A stretch of DNA of 64,000 bases from Phoronis australis (taxonomy: Eukaryota > Animalia > Phoronida), in contig NMRA01000239.1 in the NCBI GenBank assembly GCA_002633005.1, positions 334,288-398,287 of the forward strand, written 5' to 3'. Below the pieces are notes generated by a model, which was given only the letters and a program-made list of their open reading frames with translations, was not told where the DNA came from and made no database searches. The position numbers were made by a program, and so were the translations under genes. Positions 13,461 to 26,200 of the stretch are shown here, piece after piece; positions within the stretch are counted from its first letter, which is position 1; each line of letters opens with the position of its first letter.

Positions 13461-15485
13461 GAACGCCGTCTACGACCCGCAATTAAATCAGCGCGCGGTA
13501 GGGATCTCAGTCCAGTCGGCGGCACGGCCAAGCCTCAAATGGCTAAACCTGTTAGCGTCATCTTGCGGCTTGTGGACGAAGCCATTCACCATTTTGTTTA
13601 TGAACTCAAAGCCCGTGTTGCAGCGTCACCTGTTGGCTATACAAAGAAATAATGCAGTGTGGTGGTAAGTGGTGAGCAACAGCTCCGTATTGCTGTAGTA
13701 TTTCTTATCAGTGCTAATGTAAACGCTGCCAGGTAGCCTGTCCCGTGTTAGAGTCTTTGAATAATTGAAAGCGAGTTTGAAAAACAATGCCGTGTTTTTA
13801 ATTTGAGTCGGTTAAAACACGATTAATGGGCCGATGACGACTGACCCAGTTGCTTGTGTTCCCTTGCCTTGGCCTTGGCCTTGCCCTTGGCTTTGCGCTG
13901 GCCACTGCATTGCACTGCAGGCATGAAGCTTCGTCCTTTATAGACTTTAGCTGTTGTTGTACCTGTGTTCTGTGCAGCCACTGACGCGTGCTACTTTCAA
14001 ATTACCTCTTTCGTCTGTTCTATTTGTATGTGGCTTCAGACTCTTGAGTAAGCAGGGTAAGTCTAACTCCTTCACGGCTTCAGTCCTTGTTACCCACAAA
14101 CTCTCTAATGCTAACTGTAACCAATGTCATCCTCTAAATAATGTGGCCGTTATTCAGGGATTACTTGGTACTGTCGAAACCAGGGTTCATTGACCAGTGC
14201 CCCATTGTCACTGACGGTAGTGCCCTCACTAGTAGCGTCGCTATCGTTTTGTAGTGTTTCACAATAACCTTTCTCCTACTGTCACCAATGCTGTTCGCAT
14301 ATGACGTACCAGTACTTTCATTTTGTGTTTTTGTCATCGATGGCATGAGTCTGTTATAGTACTATGATCACACTAAGTGACTACTTGTTATTTAATCAGA
14401 GCCAATAACATTTAAAGTCAGTGTTATTTATGTGGTACTGTAGAAAAATACCAAATTTGGCCTACTTCAAAACATCAGTTCTCAGAAATGAGTGATTGGA
14501 CTCTAACGAAACAAATCAGTTGTACTATTCGTTACCAGTATGCAGCAGCCTGCAATACGCTGCTAAGGATTGTTTTTGAAATGTGCCACTTTAATAAAGA
14601 ATGGATCGTTATGATTTTCATAATTTTTAAAATTTTAACACCGTTTTGAGATTTCATTGTGAAATTTATATTCAACAAAATTCTGTCTTTTTATTGATGG
14701 CCGCTGTTTTCTTAACGAATGAATGTACGCCTACCTTACTTCTTGCTAAATTGCACTAAAAAGACATTGAATTAAGATATGTATGATTTTGTGAATATTA
14801 GGCTTATGACCCAGACGTTACTGATAAGATCTTACATAACCGTAACTAATTTGATATAGTTGACTGGCTTTGTAGGAATACCTGTTCATAGTTTGTATGG
14901 TGAGAGGATTATTCACATATCTCGCAAAGGACTGAGTGTTCCTGATGAACTGGTAACTACCTACATAAACAAGGTTCCAGGTGATCAGTGCATTGGGCTT
15001 AATTACCAGAGCGGCCTGGCCAGAGCGGCCTGCGCATGGTTGGTACAATGTGTCCTGGAGTGTAGAAAAATGATCAGTAATAATAGTATTCATTGCTCAG
15101 TGATGTTCAATGTTTTTACTGGCTTCTCAGACAGTGCTTGCACAGTATTCTTAAAAACAAAGCTCTACTTAGGAGACTTTTCATACTGGCGCTCTCTGAG
15201 TAATGAGAGCGCGAAAGTGACCTGATCTGCTTGATCTGGACTCAGACTCGGTGGAGTGAAATGCAAATAGTGGTTCATTAATTTATAGGCATAGTAACAA
15301 ATTCCATTGTGAGCCATCGCAATTGTTTGATTAGTTTAAGTAATTACTGGCTGGTATCGAAATTCTCCCACATCAACTGCAGCCACCGGCTTTGTTGCAG
15401 ATTCTTCTTCGCAGTGGAAATGTATGAAACGTGGTGTCCTTATTCATCCATTGATATTTCAAAAGGTTTGCCTTTTTTCTGTAGA

Positions 15486-15590
15486 GGAGGTAGTGTGGCC
15501 TAATGGGATAGGTGTCTGGTTCCTTTACTCAAAGTCATGGGTTGTTGTCTCATTGGGGCACAGTGCTAGACCCTTGAGCCAGGTCGCTAA
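15486..15590 (+). mobile_element. tRNA-derived SINE head (degenerate)
   Basis: A-box-like gtggcctaatgg, decayed B-box region, then a cccttgagccagg core typical of tRNA SINEs. Confidence 0.4.
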
Positions 15591-17004
15591 GTCCTCAACT
15601 CAGTTTTATCTATATAATTAGTAAAGCATAATGGTTGAAATTTTGTAATAATATAACTAAAAACTGAGCCCAGACTTCATTGAAAATAAATAGGGTCTCC
15701 ATCCTTAAATTGGGGGTGTTGCTTGAAAAGATCCCTAATTGACAAGTCAACGTAGAGCTCACACTCAATTTGTATCAAAGTCAAAAGTTGACTTAGTAAC
15801 GAAACTAAAACAATACAAGAAAGGGCAATCGATGTTTTCACAAATCCAAAAATACACAGTAGATTTAGGGACCTTAATTGAATCCCTATTTGGGACTGTT
15901 TCATGCAACCGGGCACTGACCACTATGAAATTGATGTCAACTTGCCTTACTCAGATGGGAAGTGATTTTTGGTCTTGAAAAGAACCGACAGTTCATCATT
16001 GCATGGTGAATAAACTGACACGCCATGACAACTCAAATTGTAGGGCATTGTCTCAAGTGCTGAATAAAGAATTCATTGTCTGTTCATTACAAGCCCAGAC
16101 ATCACGCTTGTTTTGAGACCAATTTCATAATGGTTTAGAGGTATCAATCATAAGTCGGTTCAGTCGCTGAAGGCAAGTTTATAACTGCTTTAAAAGCTGT
16201 CATGATTTAAGTTTTACTAAAGTACTAACTTTAGTTAGAGCTGAAAAGTTTAAAGCCGGATTGGGCATTTGCAAATATTGTGACACCTTCAGGGATCGCT
16301 CTTAGTAGCATTTCCGTGTAAAAAAATCAAATGCCACAAGTCAAGTCGAACAGTTCTTGGCATGGACGCAGATTCTCTGATCTTGGTAGCAATGCAGTCT
16401 GTGCGAGTTACCTTGTAGAATTGTATGGTTGACCAACTGTGAATGTGCTTTGTAGTTTAATGAAATGACTTGCAGTAATTGTCATTTTTTAAATTTGGTC
16501 ACAACATTTTGAAACAGATTCGGTTTCGTATTATGGGGGTTATCCCTGAATTTGGGTTGTGTCTGAAAACGTTACTCAATGAATGACTGGCTTTCAGAAC
16601 ACAGATTCAGGATTTGGGGCTACGTTTTGTGAGCTACATGCGCGTATCTGTTGAAGCCCCAGCCATCTAGATTTGACGCTTATCATCAACTCCAGTTCTA
16701 TTCAGTTCCATCAAGTGTGGCTCACACATGCATTAGAGATAACTTAGACTCTAACAAAATCCAGTATTTCACTCAGCATCAGCTTATATTAACTCAAAAT
16801 GTTACCTAGCTCAGCGGCAAGTCCATGATTCATTTCTGGGGTGTATGGTATCCTCTGGGGGTATTACCGGCCTCCCCTGACGTGATGTGGGGGGGAGGGG
16901 GGCGGGCCGTGTTCGCCGAGTTCCACTTTTATTTTCCCATTGATACTGTATCTTGTTAACCAATAGTTTTGCTGTAATCTAATAAATGTTTGAATTTCAG
17001 CACT

Positions 17005-17205
17005 ATGCTAGGTCCAGCTTGTCGACGAGTCAGTAGATTAGCGAAGCAAATGACAATGGCGAACAAAGGAGCCCTAGGGAGTCAGCCCAGTAGAGGTAAA
17101 GTGCTGACACTGGACACGATGAACCCTCATGTGAAAGTGATGGAGTATGCTGTAAGAGGTCCGATTGTGGCACGTGCTGGAGAACTTCAGCAAGAACTGA
17201 AAAAG
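17005..17205 (+). CDS. GPT: ALT-A coding exon 1 (MLGPACRR...ELKK)
   Basis: tttcag|cactATG acceptor; AAG|gtcag donor; [10 protein letters not shown] motif. Confidence 0.92.
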
Positions 17206-20200
17206 GTCAGAGGTTATAGTGGAAATTAATAATTCTGGTGATGTTAGTTTTTTCCTGGCTGGCAGAAAGACCTGTGTACCTGATGTTTTTAATCTATTGA
17301 AACAATTGGCAATCTTTGCTAAAATGTCTCAAGCTACTAACTTAGTCTCCAGGATTATCTATGTATGAGCTGCGTCACATGATACTCAATGTTTCAACAC
17401 GCTACACCATGTTTGAACGAGTAAGTAATGGAGATATCACTGATGCGCAGAACACTTGAGACACACCCATAGTTGTCAATATTTCAAAATGGAAAAGCCC
17501 AACACCTGGATCTCGGCCGTACGACAAGGGTCACATGTCCACGGCTTCACCCAGAAACACTCCGATAGTGTTTTTAATTTTTTTTGTAGTCGGCAGGTCT
17601 GTGAAGTGGAACAGGGAAACAGAGTACAGTAAATTGCATGGGAATGCACAAAATATATTATGATATGTAAATTTTGTTGTTTTGTGTCAAAAAGCAGTTC
17701 TGTTGCGGTGACAGAGCACAGTACAAAGATTCAAAAAAGCTATAATGCTTCTGCCTAAAACGTGACAGTTGGCAAGTAAACACACCATGTAAAGGGAATC
17801 CTGAGATTGGAATAGGGATGGTATTCATTTTTCAAAATTTTGGTGTAAGATCAGTAATTTTGTTCATCCTCATGGTGTAAATTTAGCTGACTAATTTACA
17901 CCGTATCACCAGTATAAACCTCGGGTGACAACTAAAACACAGATTTCCGCAAACGATCACCATCTCCAGTCACTGTCATTTCATCCATTTGCGGCATGTG
18001 CTATTGTGTGTGAACAGCGGACTTAGGAGTTAGGATCTGACAGTCTCCTCATTTTCAGCACGATATAATGAATAATACATACTTTGCACCTTTTTAAAAT
18101 AGGAATACTTACGTATTGACATAGATAAAAAGCTTTGGATAGAAATATTTGGCAACTGCCATTTCCTGAATTATCACGACGCCCCCTGTAGTTCAAACGT
18201 ATTTACCCACAATACTGCGCGTCAGTAGGAATCTTGCCCCTCAGTTGAACATTGGTGCTGCTCTAGTGTCATATTTTACTTCAAAACTGGTTTGTCATTT
18301 GTTATACTAATGCTAGTACAATTTTAAAATATTAATATTAAAATATAAAAGCTGCATGGGGGGTGCATAAAACATCCTACTCGTATGTGAAATGTGTTTT
18401 CTGTTCCTCCTTATGAAAGCTAGGTCAATTAGAGAAAGCATTTTTCTACCTCTCCAAATAGGTGAAGATGTGAGACTTCATTTTTGAATGGTATGGCCAT
18501 AATTTCAAAACCCAATGGCATTCCACTACCCTGTTCTATATGGACTGTGTCCCCCACCCCTGCCAAGCATGGTGTCTATTACATAAGAGTGTTCTGTCAT
18601 AACCTCAATTTTAACGTAAATTATGACAATAAAAAGGATGTTCCAGTAATCGGGGTCCAATTGTGTGATGATTGTAACCAGTTTTATAAGCAGGGCATGC
18701 TTTGTAAGATGGCTAGAAACACGAAACGAATGATTTTTACCCCCGGGGCTTAGTTCCGATCGGGCAAATGAATTGGTTTTTAGTTTGAAAAGAGAAAGTT
18801 TAGAGATAGTAAGGGGTTAAGAATTAATGTTGCTGATTCGTGACATTGTGTGGGTCATTTTACATGACATTAACCGAGGTAGCGTAATTTCTGTTATGAC
18901 ATCAAGTGGGCTCCACTGGACGAAAGCTCGATTTGGTGACCTGCAGCTCACCAATACGACCTCAGATTTTGTTTGGGGACCTGGAAAAAAAGTTGTCACA
19001 AAGTCAGCAGATTTTTGTGAATTGGTGCCTTGTCAGAACATGTCAGACAAACAACAGTTCATCTCTATCCTTCACTTCGAAATGAGTGGTGCCTTACAAA
19101 CTTTAAAGTTGATAATTTTTTCCCAAGCATAATTTCTGTGTTTCAAAATTGGTTCTATTTATTTTGTGAAGTCATTTGCCACTCTCATCACAAATCTGAG
19201 CATGTGATCAAGTACAAAGGAATTCAACAGACGGGAGTCGGAACTGTTTGTGTTAGCTGCGATACAACTATGGTATTTAGTGCTTCATATCTGTAATGGA
19301 AAACATGAAGAATAAATTTCAATTGTCCACTATATTGTACTATTTATTTGAGAGATTTTACCAAAAAGTTTGAAATGAGGCCAAGAACTTGGTTTGTGAA
19401 CATCGGTGAAAGTTGGGTATTAGTAGACGTGGTGTCCTACATTGTATAAGTGTGTGTTGTAACTGACCCTTTTATTGTCTCCAGGGAGTAAAGAAGCCTT
19501 TCACAGAAGTGATATTGTGTAACATCGGTGATTGCCACGCTATGGGACAGAAACCTCTTACCTTTCTTAGACAGGTGAGTTATGTGAAGGGTCAGTGGCT
19601 GGTCATATGAAACTGGCCACAATGCAAAATGAAACACTGAACAGTAGTAATACCCCAGCAAGAACAAACTAAATAGTCCCAAAATTTTTCTTGGGTTTTT
19701 ATGCTCCAAAATATGTGCATTGGTATACATATGTAGTGCATCAGTTGCACTCTGTTTTGATGGATGCTTGACATCATACAAAAGATTGCATGCTGGCTAG
19801 ATGGGCAGCCTTGTTCGAAGAAATGGATGGATAAGGTGAAGGAATTTGTTGCTATTTGTCTGATTGATGTATTTGCAATCAGATTATTTTGTAGTGCGTG
19901 TTAATGTCGCTGGTTATATTATTTGATGTAATTCTTTTGTAAATTATTATGAGCATTGCTGTACTGAACAGTACTCCTTTTGTTTATATTGACTTATAAG
20001 TGTATGAGTGTACTGGGTGTATGCAAATAATTCATTCATTCATTCGACAGCTGTAATTACCTGTTGTAGGTAATAGCTGCAGCCACCCTGCCAGACCAAC
20101 TACTGACGGATGCTCAGATCCCTGAGGATGCCAAGCTGAGAGCTAAGAGGGTCCTTGATGGCTGTGGTGGTCGCAGTTTGGGTAAGTGACCACTAAGTTG

Positions 20201-23200
20201 TAATAGTTATTTTCTCTTAGACCACAACAAACATATGTGCCCATATGCTACTTAAACTATTTGTGGAGAATGTTGCTTAGAATTTATCTTGAAGGCTTCA
20301 CCAGGAATGGGAATCTGTTGTGTTGACTATCTGGAGCCTTGAAATCGTTATTTTCATCTGTGTCATTTCTGTGTTGAGGTTAAAAGTTTGATTTTACATC
20401 ATGTACATCTTGTGAGAAATTTTGTTAAGTACGACACGATTTTGATTCCGAACTGACTTTAGTTCGTTACATTCAAGATCTATGAATTTAAAACTTCTGG
20501 TTGAGATTCAGACTGCTAGACTTTCATCTTGTTAATTCTTAGTTTGATGACTATATCAGTGTTTACAACTTGACTTTTATTAATTTTGTGTTTTTGCACT
20601 ATTCATTTCAATTAACATGTCATGTTTGACCCAAAAGGTGCGTACAGTAACAGCCTTGGTGTGGAGGTGATCAGACAAGATATTGCTAACTACATCACAA
20701 AGCGAGATGGTCACCCCAGCGACCCTGCCAATGTATTTGTGTCCACAGGAGCCAGCCAAGCCATCAAGGTTGGTGCTCAATGGTAGAACACTTTCTACAC
20801 CGTGATTAGGTCAGGATTTCCGTGTCTTGCTCAACTCTTGTTATGAGGGGTCTATGATGTGCTTCTTTTCAGGTATCCTTCTTGAATTAGACAGAAATTT
20901 AGCCAGCCCAGAAAAAGTGTAGTTTAATCAATGTGCAAGTACAAATGCATATATATGACTATTGTAGCTACCCCTTGTGGCCAAACTGTTGTCTCCTCCT
21001 ACCTTGCATGAATCTGAGAAGCACATGACATTTGCTGTGCATCATGGATGTACATCGACGCTGTACATAGTTCTTGTTATTACTGTATGTGTCAGTGTTC
21101 TTTGATCACATGTGTAGCCAGTAATTGTTTCTGTTGCCGTTTCAGAACATCCTTCAGATCTTGATGACAACTCAACCTGGGAAAGGCCGTGCAGGCGTCA
21201 TGATCCCCATCCCTCAGTACCCTCTTTACTCTGCCACCTTGGCAGAGTATAATGCCTATCAGGTGAGTCACGCGTGATGCTCATCTGCAACTGCCTTGAC
21301 CTTAACTAGGCTCGGTAAATGTGGAACGTCTGCACATCTTTAATAAATCTCCCACATTTAATATCTGGTACTATGTTACCTACTTGCTCCTAGCTATGTT
21401 CTATGTTCACCAATAGTCCATGCTGATTGGAATTGCAAGCAGCGATTGTATGTTTAAGGCACATGCAGCACCTTTTAATCAATTTTAATTATCAATCTTT
21501 TATTTTTGTCTGGAGTACATCAAACCAGGGGCGGATCCAGGATTTTTCAAAAGGGGAACGGATCAAGGATTTTTTTAAAAAGGGCGTCCAAGTCAACAAT
21601 TTGAAAATTTTAGATTTGATATCACTAAAATCAAGGGAAAAGAGGGTCCTCCTTGACACTCCAGAATCTACCTATGCAAGTATATTCCAACTAAAAGTTT
21701 TTAAATATTTTTAACCACTTGCATTGTTCTACAATTGATTCCGGGTAGAAGTTAAAGATTTTGAATTCTGTCAAATCATTAGTGTATGGCACTAAGACAG
21801 AGCACATTTTCATTGTTGAAGTGTGAAATACAACTGAAGGGTGTCCTACGGTTACTAGTTGAATATTCTAGACCTTGTTATCTACAACAAGATTGTTTTA
21901 TTACCTATTAACTAAACTGTCTGAATGTGACTAGATTGTTACCTTATAAGACCCTAGAGATTGTTTGGTGCATTTAGATTGGTTACTTCTTGAATGAGAG
22001 CAAGAACTGGTCGTTGGACGTGGACGAACTTGAGAGGGCGCTTAAAGAGGCCAAGCCAAACTGCGAACCGCGTGCCATCTGCATCATCAACCCGGGCAAC
22101 CCTACAGGTAACCAAGGTCACTGTGGGTTGCTAGTCATCAAGGGCTGTTGACAGAAACATATTGGATGTGACTATGGGTCACTGGTCATCATGGGTCGCT
22201 GGCTACCTCATGCCAAAATCAATAGGGGGTCGTTGGATGCTAACACATCTTACTTGTCACTATGGGTTGAAGGTCACCTTACGTCACATGTCACCTCATG
22301 CCAAAGTCAATATGAGTGGCCTGTCACCGCATGCTGCAGGTGTTTATAGGTCAAAGGTCACCACGGGATGCTGGTCATCACACATAGTTGGTCATGTTAT
22401 CACACGTCACCACCCGTCAAGGTTACCACATATTGAGGTCACAAAATGTCGTAGGTCAACTTATGTCACAGAACTCCACATGTTGCTTGTCACCTCAGAA
22501 TGCTGGTCACAACATGTTGCAGGTCGCCCCCCAGTTGCATGGCGTCACAGGTCACATGTCTCTTAAATCTATCATGTGGCTAACTTCGCCTTCATATTTT
22601 TGGAGTCCCTACAAGTTATTGTAACTGGTTGAATTGCTGAGATAAAAATGAAGTAGATCTTCAATTTTAACATTTCTTTTTATGATTGCTCTGTAGTATT
22701 CGGTGTCGTCTGCTTGCTTAGTGTACATCGTCTGTTTTAGGTCAAGTTTTAGACAGGAAGAACATTGAAGATGTCATTCGATTTGCGCAAAGGAACAACC
22801 TGTTTATTTTGGCTGATGAAGTGAGTGATTATGATTGCAGGTGTATATTAGGTATTATATAGTAAACACGAATTTAATTGTTTTGTTATAACAGTTGTCA
22901 TTTCTTCTAAGAGGGTGGCAAATCACTAGACAGTTGCCTGATGTTGTGGGCAAATGTTTGATAATTGGTCCCGTGGAGCGCTGATCTTTGCCATTATATT
23001 GCGATTTGTTTGTTAATCATTCCCACTTAAAAGGAGATATCATCCTATTTATGTGTCCACATAACTTTTCATGTACATATGTCATTTGTCATGTTTCAAG
23101 TGTTAAAATAGTAAAAGAATTGAATCAAACATGTGATTTCAAAATTAACTGATGAAATGAGATCGACAAGCATGTGAGTATAATATATTTTTCTTTTTTA

Positions 23201-26200
23201 GGTGTACCAAGACAACATCTATGGCAGTGGATGTCAGTTCCATTCATTCAAGAAGGTCCTTTGTGAGATGGGAGATGAAGTGAAAGGACAGGAACTGGCC
23301 TCCTTCATGTCTACCTCGAAGGGCTATATGGGGGAGTAGGTCTTAATAATAGTTAAATACTAGTTACGATGCATCATTGTACACCTCCTTCATGTCTACC
23401 TCCAAGGGAGACAGGGGGGAGTAGGTCTTAATAATAATCACATTATGTCATTGTAAACTTGAACGCAGCAATTGTTTCCTCTTCTTAATGGTATACTTTC
23501 CGTCTTTTTGCTGTTCGAAACTTTGTCAATTAGAAAAAATGTCCACAAACTAATCGGATTTGAAGTTATGCTCAACTGGTGCTCTTTCAACGCAGATTCA
23601 AATGTTTTCTAAATGATCAGAATTAAGTACAGAATTTTCAGAATCGTTTTTGAATTTCTGGTGGTGCACCGACAAAATGGCCGCTGCAGTTGGTCTTCAC
23701 ATTTTATGAATTGCCTGACAGTGTCAAAAGCGCAAATATGTGCAGGACTGTAATTTACGAAATTTTCCTTTTAGTCTCTAGTTTGATGAAATTATTCTGT
23801 TTTCTTAACTAGTGAAAGTCAAGGAAATATTGTCTTAAATCTATTGGTCCTGGTCTTCATTTAGCTTGTTTATGAAACTAGGTAACTTTGAATGCCTTTA
23901 TTGTAATGTTACTGTTCAATTAGATAATTGCTGAGTTAAAACTGCGATGAGAAAATTATTGTTCTCGAGGTCCTTTAGGACTGAAAATGTCCAACTGTTA
24001 ATGAAATGACAGTACCAGCACCATCACAAAGCAAAGAAACATAGGATTTTAAAATAAAATTGTTTATACCAATGATATGCGTTCATACATACCCAGACTT
24101 CAATGGCATGCATAGTCATGCAGTGGAATTATGTTCTTCACCTGTACCACACACATAGTCACGTGACCGTCCATTATTTCACATAGGTGCGGTGCCCGCG
24201 GTGGTTACTGTGAAGTGATCAACCTTGACCCCAAGTGCATGGCGATGCTAACCAAGATGTTGTCAGCCAATCTTTGTCCCTCCGTCTGGGGACAAACTGC
24301 TATGGACGTGGTGGTCAACCCACCTCAGCCAGGAGAACCCTCCTATGATGGGTTCATTAAGGTAATGCTGCTTGTTTTGGTGTATAGGTGGATTGGGTGT
24401 GCTCTAGCCATATTTGTGAACAAGAAATATTCCGTCCTAATATAGGAAGATCATAGGGCATGCTGTCTCCATGTAACACGTATTGCATGCTGTACTTAAA
24501 TGAGAATTTAATGTCAGTTGACTCTAATGGAATGAGAAAGATTTTAAGTGCCTAGACTGATTCTGAACTTAAGTATGACTTGAAAGGCGAAGTCTAGTAT
24601 ATGTCTTCTAGTTTGAAATTATTTTATCACGAAGAGTTGCTGCAAGAGTTCCTGCAGGAAGTACACTTCTCTCGTTTGCCAGTTATTCGAAGAGTATTTG
24701 AATAGATTTTGGTGATCTTGACACGGGTATTGTTAATGGAGTAAAAAATTCATTTTTGTCACCTCATCATTAAAGTCACGGTTTCTACTATGTTTTGATT
24801 GGCTTCACAGGATTTCACCAATTTTTGGACAAAGTTGCATTTTAAAAAAATTTGTGAAATTGCACGAATTTTTGCACAAACATGGCTGCTTCATTTACTA
24901 CTTGTTACACGCTCTTTCAATCGAAACATCATTCATCAGCAATTTTGTAGTACAAGGAACGCCTGATGTCGTTTCTTGTGGTTTGGTTGTGGTCATATAG
25001 TAGTCTCTTGTGGTGGCCTTTATTTTTTAAAACTACAAGTTGAATTACTTGCTGGATGCCTGAGATATCAAACTCAGATTTTAGCTTTGTTTCTTTCTTA
25101 GTATTTCCCAAGTGCTATTTTTTTCAAGACTTGGAGGAAAGAACGTACCAAAAATGTTCACTTTGCTTGTTGGACCAGTTCTAAAGAAGTGTAGCTGGTT
25201 CTGTTTTTTACCTCGACTCATTTTGAAATGTGCGCTCAGTGACTAAAAATGCCCACCCGCATCATTTTCAGCCATTGGTTTCAGGTTTTTTCGAAAACCT
25301 GCACAAAGGCATGTAAGCAAGGGTAAAAAAGGCTTAAAATGCCAAGATTTGCCAATCGATGAGTAAAAAATATCCCTCGTCTCAAGTGGATTATTTTTGA
25401 AAAAAGTGAGCTACTAAAAAGATACTGCAGCATTGACAGACTTGATTTTAAAAAGTTGCAGACCAACTATGCCTTTTTGATCCTTCGTGATTTGAGATTC
25501 ACATAGAATACTACTTGAGCAAAACTTGAACAAGAAAATTTAAAGGTAATTGCTGGTAATTATGACGTGAATGTAAATTTTTTAAAGAAGTTATTGTGCA
25601 TGTACTCTCTTTATGTCAGGAAAAGAACTTCATCCTTGGTGAACTGAAGAAGAAGGCGACTTTGGTTACGAAGATCTTTAACTCTATAGATGGCGTGACA
25701 TGTAATGAGGTACAAGGGGCCATGTATGCCTTTCCCAAGATCGATATACCAAAGAAGGCCATAGAACATGCAAAGGTATTTGCTTGTGTGAAATGAACAT
25801 TTTAGCACATATGCAATTTATGATAATGAGTCAGGGATATGTAGCTAGAGTTTAGTGTTGACTGGGTTGTGACTGGGGTTTAGTGGTTTGTACCTGGAAT
25901 TGAGAGGCACGGCAAGGAATTGGTTAAAATCCCCTGCCTGGTGCTGGAGGTTTCGTTATTTCGTACTTTGTAAAATAGATTATGTACTGGAATGTTTGTG
26001 ATCCTGTGCTGCGCAGGGTCGATTTGAGGTTTGTGTGCTAGGCAATCTGTTGTAATGTAACATATACTGGGATTATATGAATATATTAATCTTAAACCAC
26101 CGTGGACTTGTGTATCGCAAATAATTCCAAGACTGGTCAGTGTGCCACCTGGTGCCACATCACGTGAGCTAATGAATATAAGTCTTAAAAGATTTCTGTC

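Noticed and set aside
20872-20920. Possible cassette exon in intron 4, similar in both paralogs (37441-37485)
   Set aside because: Weak donors, incompatible phase and no amino-acid-level conservation beyond background intron similarity
22162-22624. His/Trp-rich ORFs in intron 6 (and 40603-40872)
   Set aside because: By-product of the ggtcac repeat array; frames are not conserved between paralogs
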